Assembly: GCA_951406725.2 (NCBI GenBank)
Contig: OX597831.1
Span: 4,402,001-4,466,000, forward strand
Origin: Octopus vulgaris
Lineage: Eukaryota
Direction of reading: 5' to 3'
DNA length: 64,000 nucleotides
This document shows positions 53,998 to 64,000 of the stretch, one piece after another; the stretch's first letter is position 1; each line of letters opens with the position of its first letter. Under the pieces are notes generated by a model. It did not search any database. It saw nothing but the letters and a program-made list of their open reading frames with translations, and was not told the DNA's origin. The position numbers and the translations under genes are program-made.

Positions 53998-55011
53998 TAG
54001 TTTCAAAATTTGGCACAAGACCAGTAAGTTTTTTGGTTGGGGTCTAAGTCTATTAATCCGACCCCAGTGTTCAGCTGGTACTTATTTCATCGACCGCGAA
54101 AGGATAAAAGGAGGTAAAGTTAACCTCGGCGGAATTTGAACTCAGAACAAGAAAACGGACGGGATGCTGATAAGCATTTTCTCCGACGTGCTAACGATTC
54201 TGCAAGCTCGCCGCCATACTACTACTACTACTACTACTGATAATGATGATGATGATGATGATGATGATGATAATTATTTGTTCATATAATATGGAAACGG
54301 CTGAAAGTTTTTCCTCCGACATGATTTCTAACAATTCACAGGAAACGTTAAAGAAGTCACCTTTTATAAAGATAAACAACAGCAACAACAAGAACAACAA
54401 CAACAACACTGCTGTCTTGAACAAATACGCACATGATATAGCGACGACGACGACAACAACAACAACAACAACAATACCAACAATGGTGAGAAGAAACTAG
54501 GAACACCGCAGCAGTTGATATTTTTCACGTCTCTCTCTATTATTTAAATGTCTTCTTCAAGATATTCACATTAAACAAATGACTTGATTCTTTCCTTCTT
54601 AAATGTTTCAGCCATAAATTTATCGCCATTTTACACCACCGCAAATTTCCGTTCAATATCCGCCATTTTCTAAGATTATTTAAACAATATTTCTTTTATT
54701 GTTTTTTATATTTGTTTCTTCATCTTCTTTTATTATTTTCGGACGTTTTATATTTTCCTAAACCTTTTATCTCATAGACTCTTTCTTTCTTTCTTTCACC
54801 TTCTCAGCTTTTTTCTTTCCTTTCTTTCACATTCTCAGCTTTTTTCTTTCTTTCTTTCATTCTTTCTTTCACCTTAATTTCTTTCTTTCTCAATTTCTTT
54901 CTTTCTTTCATTCACATTGTCAGCCGTTTCTTTCTTTCACCTTCTCAGCTTTTTTCTTTCATTCTTTCACCTTCTCAGCCGTTTCTTTCTTTCTTTCTTT
55001 CTTTCTCAATT

Positions 55012-55063
<52 letters not shown>

Positions 55064-55083
55064 TCGTTCACCTCAATTTCTTC

Positions 55084-55118
<35 letters not shown>

Positions 55119-55504
55119 GTTACACGTTATTGTTTACACTCCAAAGAGAGAGTGACAGAGAGAGCGAGAAAGAAAGAGGGAAGGAGAGAAGAGAAACACA
55201 AAGACAAATACACGAAAACAAAGGAGAAAGATCATGGTGCACAATTGATCAGTCAGCCGATAAGTAAGAGATGCGAGGCTCGATCTCCGCCGATGTATTT
55301 GTATAGACAACATAAGCGCAGACAATGACCGTGATGTTAAGAAGCTTGTTTCACATATACGGAGTTTCGCGTTCAGTTCTGCTGCGCTGCACCTTCGGCA
55401 CGTGTCTTTTACTATAGACCAGGGTCGATCAAAACCTTGTGAGTGAATTTGGTAAACGGAAACTGAACGAACACGTCGATCTATTCTATTCTATTTTTTT
55501 CTAT

Positions 55505-55558
<54 letters not shown>

Positions 55559-55632
55559 CATATATCTATCTATCAATCTATCTAATACATACATACATGC
55601 GCACACACATATATAAATATTAATATTAATAT

Positions 55633-55766
<134 letters not shown>

Positions 55767-56151
55767 TTATTGAAATGGATAAATGAATTATCTTGTTACG
55801 GATTGTTCAAAATTTAACCGATACCTGGGTAGCAAAAATCACAACAGAGAAAACACGGTTGAGGTTACGACCATGGGGTGTCGCAACCGTGCCTTAGCGC
55901 GGATAATTGAAGTTTTATATATTTAGTGAAGGGAAGAAATGGAGCTGAACGAAGATTCTACAAAATTCCTTTTTATTATTTTCTACACATGTTTCAAAGG
56001 CTGCAAATTCCCATAGTAATTAAGGATTCTGAACCTTTAATTACTTAGTATTACTTAAACCTTCCTTGAATGGGTCTTTTACATGCCGAACTCTACTTGG
56101 TGAAATTAATGATAATTTCTAAATTAATTAATTAATTTCACCCTTTATTAT

Positions 56152-56220
<69 letters not shown>

Positions 56221-56626
56221 TTTGTGTGTGTGTGTGTATGTATATATATATATATATATATATATACACGCACACACATATATATGTGTATACTAGCAGG
56301 TGCTGAAAAGTTCTTAGTTATGTGTAAAAGATAATACATCAGGATCAGTTAATTATGGTTTTATTCAACATATTAGTCCCCTTTATGATTCACACACTCA
56401 TAGCAGCGGTCCTTCAGTTTTTCTAAGCCCTGTAAAAGAACTCGGAAGGTTGGGTCTCCAGCCAGGACTTTTGCGATACCCTTAAAACCAGGAACATTTC
56501 AGCATATATATTTATATATACTCATATCCATCCATTCATCCATCCATCTATACATACACACATACATACATATATACATACATACATACATACATACATA
56601 CATACATACATACAAACAAACATACA

Positions 56627-56657
<31 letters not shown>

Positions 56658-56964
56658 GTGCATGTGTGTGTGTGTATGTGTGTGAGTGAGTATGTATGTG
56701 TACGCATTCTTCAACTGCTCGACATCCGATGTTGCTTGGTTTACGTCCCCGTAACTTGACAGTTCAGTAAAGGAGACCGACAGAATACGTATCAGAGTTA
56801 AACAAAAGAACTGTGATCCAGTAATTGGAACGAGTAAAAGCGAAAAGATTAGTTGCGACTTGTAAATATTTTACTGTCTCCGGAAAACAACAGAAATAAT
56901 ATGGAGGGTATGGTTATGGTTGTTGTTGCTGCTGTTGTTGTTGTTGTTGTTGAGTAGATGTCAA

Positions 56965-57044
56965 TGGGAGATGGAGAGAGGAAGAGAGAGAGATACGAAG
57001 AGAGTGAATAGAAAGTAGAGAATGATAGCGTGAGAGGCAGTTAG

Positions 57045-57100
<56 letters not shown>

Positions 57101-57760
57101 GCGAGTTAGAGGGAGAGAGATAGAGAGAAAGAAACAGAGAGAGAGAGATGCAAAGAACGAGAGTGAGTAGAAAGAAGCAGAGAATGATAGCACGAGAGGC
57201 AGATAGATAGAGAGAGAGAGAAAGAGGGAGAGAGGAAGAGAGAGAGGAAGAGAAAGAGAGAGAAAGAGAGGGAGAGAGACAGAGAGAAAGAAACAAAGAG
57301 AGAGAGGAAGAGAGGGAGAGAGACAGAGAGAAAGAAACAAAGAGATAGAGTGAGAGAGAGAGAGAGGAGAGAGAGAGAAAGAGAGAGAAAGAGAGGGAGA
57401 GAGACAGAGAGAAAGAAACAAAGAGAGAGAGGGAAAGAGAGGAAGAGAGGGAGAGAGACAGAGAGAAAGAAACAAAGAGAGAGAGAGGGAGAGAGAGAAA
57501 GAGAGAGAGGATGAAAGGGAGAGAGACAGAGAGAAAGAAACAAAGAGAGAGTGAGAGAGGCAGACAGACAAAGAGAGAGAGAGAAACAGAGAATGATAGG
57601 GAGAGAGACAGAGAGATTGAGAGAAAAGGAGAGAGAGACTGATGGAGGAAGAGAACGTGAGTGAGGGAGCAAAAGAAAGGAGAACATGAAAGAGAGAGGG
57701 AGAAAGAGGGGGAAATAAGAGAAGACAGATATTTATAAAGAGAGAGCGAGAGAGAGAGAC
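56965..57760. repeat. Purine-rich (GA)n-derived minisatellite
   Basis: Recurrent higher-order unit GAGAGGGAGAGAGACAGAGAGAAAGAAACAAAGAGA. Confidence 0.9.
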
Positions 57761-58081
57761 GAATGTGTGTATGTGAGTGCGTATATCTATCTGTGTATTT
57801 AAGCACTTAGCTGTGAAAGACTATACGTGCATACATCAGTATATATATCCGTATATATCTGTGTATGTTCATGTGTGTATAGGTTTACGAGTCTATCTGT
57901 ACGTAGGTGTGTGCGTATAAGCGTGTGTCAGTGAATGCTTATTTGTATGTGTGTATGTGTGTTTGTATGTGTGTTTGTATGTGTGTGTGTTTAAGATTAG
58001 CGAAAAGAAATATCTTGGTCAGCAACATTTCCTGGCTGTGTCAAGAGACGAGTTTCTTCACCTCACGGACACAATTCTTTA

Positions 58082-58218
<137 letters not shown>

Positions 58219-58273
58219 AAAATAAACGAAAAGACAAGCAAACAGAAACATCATTTCACCTCCACTGAACACA

Positions 58274-58319
<46 letters not shown>

Positions 58320-58860
58320 AACGCACTCACACAAAACACACACAAAAACACCCACATACATTCACAGAAATGTAAACGAAAGCGAATCTATGATCAAAGG
58401 GCCTTGTATCGAATTTGGCGAACAATAAAAATAGTTAATTGCGTGTGAAAAGTACAAACAAGAAAATGGCGTCTTTTTCACATAGTCAAATATTATTATT
58501 TTGATACGCTGTATGTACGCGGCGTGTTGTGTGTGCGTATGTGCACGGCTGTGTGCGCAAGTCTGTGTGATATGACATCCTTTTCACACAGTCAAATATT
58601 ACTATCCACCGTGTTGTTATATGAAGCGGTAAATATAATTCTAATGTTCGTTTATTCAGTGAGTTATACAATAATTACGGTGACATTTATGTATAATTCG
58701 CATCATGAAATGTGATATTAGCAACACCTATAGTCTATATTTATTGTGCAACGTTGGCAGCAGTTATACGTTATATTTATTATCTACTAACATGTTCACT
58801 TCATCGTAGGGTTATAACTGTCTTTATCTATCTACCTATATCTATCTGTCTATCTATCTA

Positions 58861-58932
<72 letters not shown>

Positions 58933-58933
58933 A

Positions 58934-59018
<85 letters not shown>

Positions 59019-59101
59019 GCTAGCTAGCTAGCTATCTATCTATCTATCTATCGTCTATCTATCTATCTGCTGTCTGTCTATCTCTCTATCTGTTTTCTCC
59101 C

Positions 59102-59132
<31 letters not shown>

Positions 59133-59194
59133 TTTATCATTATCATTACTATGTTCCGTTTTTCTTCCCTTCTCCCTATATATACGCGCGTGCC

Positions 59195-59260
<66 letters not shown>

Positions 59261-59284
59261 TGTATATATATACATGCGTGTATA

Positions 59285-59368
<84 letters not shown>

Positions 59369-59485
59369 TATATGTATATATATATATATATGTGTATATA
59401 TATCAAATAGATGTGTTACAATACTATTCTGCACATACATTAACAACCATACCAACAACCCAACATACATACATGCATACATACA

Positions 59486-59563
<78 letters not shown>

Positions 59564-59654
59564 TATATGTATATATATGTATATATATATATGTATATAT
59601 TATATATACATACATGTATGTATATACGTGTATATATATATAATATATATTCAT

Positions 59655-60490
59655 CTTTTATCTTTCACTTGTTTCCGCCTTTTGACAGCGCCCACGCTGG
59701 AGCTCTGCCTTCAAGAATTTTAGTCGAACAAATCGACCCAGTATTCATTGTATTTTTTTAAAACCTGCTATTTATTGTTTCGTTCTCTACTAAGTTACGG
59801 GGACACAAACAAACCAAGACCGGTAGTCAAGCAGTGTCATGAGACAAACGTACACACACGCACACACACACACACTCACACACACATACAGACACACACA
59901 CACATAGTTTCAGTTTCCGTCTACCTAATCCATAGACAGGGTTTTGGACGGTTCGGTGCTATAGCAGAAGACACATGTCAAAGGTGCGACGCATGGGGGA
60001 ATTGAACCCAGAACCATGTGATTGGGAAGGAAACTTCTTACCACACAGCCACGCTTGGAGTAAGTGAGGGTGAGATAAATGAATATCTATCGATCGTCCT
60101 TTCTATCTCTTTCTGTTTGTCACTATTTCACTCCACCTCACACATATTCTTTTATACTTTTAATTTGAACATTTTTGGAGTGATGCCACGCTGGAGCACC
60201 GCCTAAAAACAACCATCTTCATCATTGCCGCATCTTTTACTTGTTTCAGTTTTGTGTCTGCAGCCATACTGGAGCACCGCCTTGAAGGGTTTTAGCCGAA
60301 GAAATCGACACGAAGACTTCTCGTCAAGCTTAATACTTATTCCATCGGGGCTCTTTTGCCGAACCGCAAACTTACGGGGACGTAAACATACCACCAAGCG
60401 GTGATGAAGGGGGACAAAACAGACACAAAGACACACACGCACACACACATATACGACGGGCTTCTTTCAGTTTCCGTCTACCAAATCCAC
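59655..60490 (-). mobile_element. Two diverged SINE family A copies (59655-60052 and 60236-60490)
   Basis: Reverse-complement similarity to the family A head and tail. Confidence 0.75.
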
Positions 60491-61670
60491 GACCACCACA
60501 GGCTACAGCCGCCACAATCGCTGCCGTCGCTGCCACCCCTGCTTCCGCTGCCGCCACCAACGTCCCCCCCCACTACCACCACCATAAAAAAATATTTCAT
60601 CCCTAAGCCAACACGTACTAAAGAAAAAAAAATGCTAGATGGACCCTTTATAGTAAAGGTGTTTAAGGGTGGGAACCAATCTCTATATAAAGTAGGGCTA
60701 GGGGGCTGGAAGTCCCCTCTTTAAGTAGTGTGTGTGTATGTGAACACCCCACCCCCTCTGTTTACACGGATGAATTATTCCTCACGTGATCTTTATCAAT
60801 ATGGAGAAGTCTCAAAACCTACTTCCTTTCACATTTGGTTTGGTGGTGGTGATGGTGGTGGTAGTGGTGGTGGTAGTGGTGATGGTGGTAGTGGTGATGG
60901 TGATGGTGGTGGAGGTGGCGGTGGTGAAGGCGGTAGAAGGCGGTAGTAGTTGTAGTGAAGATGTGGTGGTGTTATTGAGGCTGTTGATGATTGTGATGGT
61001 GGTGGTGGTGTTAGCGGTGTGCTAGTGTTGGTCTTGTTGTCATAGTGATGATGATGACGATTATGATGATGGTGATGATGATGGAAATGATGATGATGAT
61101 GATGATGAGTGTGATGGGGGATTATGATAATGATGGTGATGATGATGATGATGGTGATGACGGTGATGAGGATGAAGCTGATGGTGATGAGGATCATCCA
61201 CCCCATACCACCCACGTGGATACTAAACCGGGTGGGATATAGCGGAGAGCTATGTCATGAATTCTAGCTGATCAAACAACATTTCTTCTAATGTACCCGG
61301 TTTTGGAGATATCTACATATCTCTAATAATACATTTATAATCCACCCTTTCCTCCACCCGTCCACCCATCCGCTCCACCCGTCCACCTGAGTTATCCGTA
61401 AAACCCATTCATCCCGCTCAATACCAGCATACATTTGTATATTTATTTTACATGAACGCACTCACACGCATACACATAAACATATACATGAACATCCGCA
61501 TACACACACATGAGGACATGCATAAACGCACATACACACACTCAGATACGCACATACGCGCACATATACACATGAACACATGCATAAAAATATATGCGTA
61601 TACACACTTAAACATAGACATATATATGTATATATATATGTATATGTATATATGTATGTATATATGTATA

Positions 61671-61720
<50 letters not shown>

Positions 61721-62027
61721 AACAAACACACACACACACGCAAACACACACACAAACACACACACACGCAAACATACACACACGCAAATACACACATAAA
61801 CACACACACACAAACACACACATGCACAAACGCACACAAACACACAAACAGAAACACAGAGATGCACAAACACAAACACACACACACATACAAACACGCA
61901 ATGTATATATTTATCTATATCTATATCTATGTGACATATTAATAAATATCTGTAAATATAAAGCCATTCAGATTTCTGTGTACCTTATTTCTTCTAATAT
62001 ATAATACTTGTACACCATCTCCAAACC

Positions 62028-62079
<52 letters not shown>

Positions 62080-62205
62080 CAACAATATTAAGGAATGGCC
62101 CTGATAGGCCATTCGACTCACTAGAAAGAGCAGCCAAACTCAAACCGCTAAATAGTAGTAATTCAGAAATCAAAGGAAAATTGAAAACATTTACCCTAAT
62201 CATCA

Positions 62206-62307
62206 TTGGACAATGCATTGTTTCGACGTACTTTTTGGCAAACCAGCCTATTTAAATTAAATTAAATTTAATCAAGTCAATCTACCACTGGCTCGTCTCA
62301 TCGGCAA
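62206..62307 (-). ncRNA. Hammerhead ribozyme motif (U4C) with long stem II
   Basis: Minus strand: ttg-CCGATGA-GACG...CGTC-GAA-ACAA/tgca/TTGT-C^caa; stem III is a 12-nt palindrome. Confidence 0.65.
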
Positions 62308-62399
62308 GGAGGCCAGGAGGAATAAATTTTCCACGAGGCAGCCGCATGGATGCCTCGGGAATATATACTCTAAATTTTCAAAAACTACCGTAATCGCGC

Positions 62400-62471
<72 letters not shown>

Positions 62472-62477
62472 ATCTAT

Positions 62478-64000
62478 CTTCTTAATAGTCCATCTATCTC
62501 CGATACAGATGTAGTCTGTGGTCTCAGACATCAGCGGAGGAAACACAAGTTGCTCCGCAGTCCAAAGCACACAGGCGCTCCCGGGTTGGACACTAGTAAT
62601 CTGTGATCAGGACTGGAGAGGATGAGGCCCAGCGACACCTCTTGCTTGCGGCTGCGAAGCATTGCTGTCTATCCTTCTCAAAGACAGCTACAGCAGTATT
62701 GATGATTGACCTCCGGCAGCCCTATTTGTGGCTGCGGTCTCGAGTTTGCGGAGTTGGATGTCACACCACTTTAGGTTGTCCTTTAGTGTCCTTATATCTC
62801 AACTTTTCCGTGTTGCTTTGTGTTTCCTTGTTGCTTTGTGTTTTCCTTCAGCTGTTTGGGGGTGAGGTGGTCGTTCATTCTGATGACGTGGCCGGTCCAG
62901 CGTAACTGGACTTTCAGTAGAAGGGCCTAGACGCTTGTGGACTCTGCTCCGTCCTGGACTTCTTGATTGGAGACTCTGTCTTGCCAGTAGCTGTCCATGA
63001 CTGTGCGTAGTGATCTTGCATGAAACTGTTCCAATTCCTTGCTGTGCCGGCGGTATGGAGTCCACGTTTCACAACCATACAGCAGCGTGGATAGAACGAC
63101 AGCTTTGTATATTTTGAGCTTCGTGGACAGCCGCACGCCTTTCTCTCGCAGTATTTTAATCCTGAGTCTACTGAGTGCTTGGCTGGCTCTCTGGGTCCTT
63201 TATCCTGGATCCTTTATTCTGAATCTCTTTATCCAGTGAACCATTTGCAGAGATAATGCTGCCTAGGTACCTGAAGCTTTCGACACAGTTCAGCTCAACC
63301 ACATCAATGGTGATGGCTGGCTTAGGTTTTGTTATATTCGGGGCTACCTGGGGCAAGAACTCCGTCTTCCCAAGGCTGTTGGTGAGGCCGAAGGGTCTGT
63401 ATGCCTCAGTAAAGCGGTTGACGATGATTTAAAGGTGGTTTTTCTTGTGGACCGCAAGGGCACAGTCGTCCGCGAAGAGGGCTTCGAGGATGAGATTTTC
63501 CCTGGTCTTTATTTTGCAGACAGGCGGTGGAGGTCGAATAAGGGCCATCGCTTCGGTACTTGATATACACGCCCAGGTCAAGGTTCTTCACAGCGTGGAG
63601 GAGGACCTGCGTGAAGAACAAGTTGAGGGACACTGGGGCAAGGACACGACCCTGTTTGACTCCATTAGAGGTGCTGAAGGAGTTCGTGTTGTCCCCGTTA
63701 GAAAGGATCTGTCCCTTCATGTTGTTGTCGAAGAGCTTGACCAGAGTTGTGAATTTTTGTGGGCAACCAAGCTTGCTGAGGATGATCCATAAGGCTTCCC
63801 GGTTAACTGTGTCAAAACGCCTTGGTCAGGTCAACGAACACGGCGTACAGATCCATTTCTGCTCAATGCACTTCTCCTGCACTTGTCGCACAGCAAACAC
63901 CATGCCTATAGTACTGTAACCAGGGTAAAAGCCACACTGGGCCTCGGGCAGGCTGCTCTCGGAGATGTTGGCGCTGAGTCCGTTGAGGAGGATACGGGCG
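62478..64000 (-). mobile_element. Second RTE-clade LINE (RT pseudogene), continues beyond window
   Basis: Pieces SNGVKQGRVLAP, FADD region, FRYLGS and TKLKIYKAVVLSTLLYGCETW, with frameshifts. Confidence 0.93.

Overview
Eukaryotic, very microsatellite-rich, apparently intronic or intergenic DNA. The repeat repertoire (tRNA-derived SINEs, RTE and R4/Dong LINE remnants, Tc1/mariner remnants, huge (TA)n/(CA)n/(TATC)n/(TAA)n tracts) resembles an octopus or other coleoid cephalopod genome; this is an inference, not a database match. No host protein-coding gene can be supported, and nearly all listed ORFs are microsatellite translations. The main unannotated signal is about 20 hammerhead ribozyme (HHR) motifs, read by eye, in short elements embedded in (TA)n tracts. 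Most are minimal type I HHRs with palindromic stem III, typical of Penelope-like element (PLE) ends. Several sit in long fold-back palindromes, and some carry recurrent core variants (U3-A8 covariation, A6U). Two units (9641-9999, period 326 bp; 17923-18298, period 357 bp) have terminal direct repeats, a self-complementary body and one HHR each, which is the architecture expected of retrozyme-like circular RNAs. All ribozyme calls are structural predictions, and no activity is shown.
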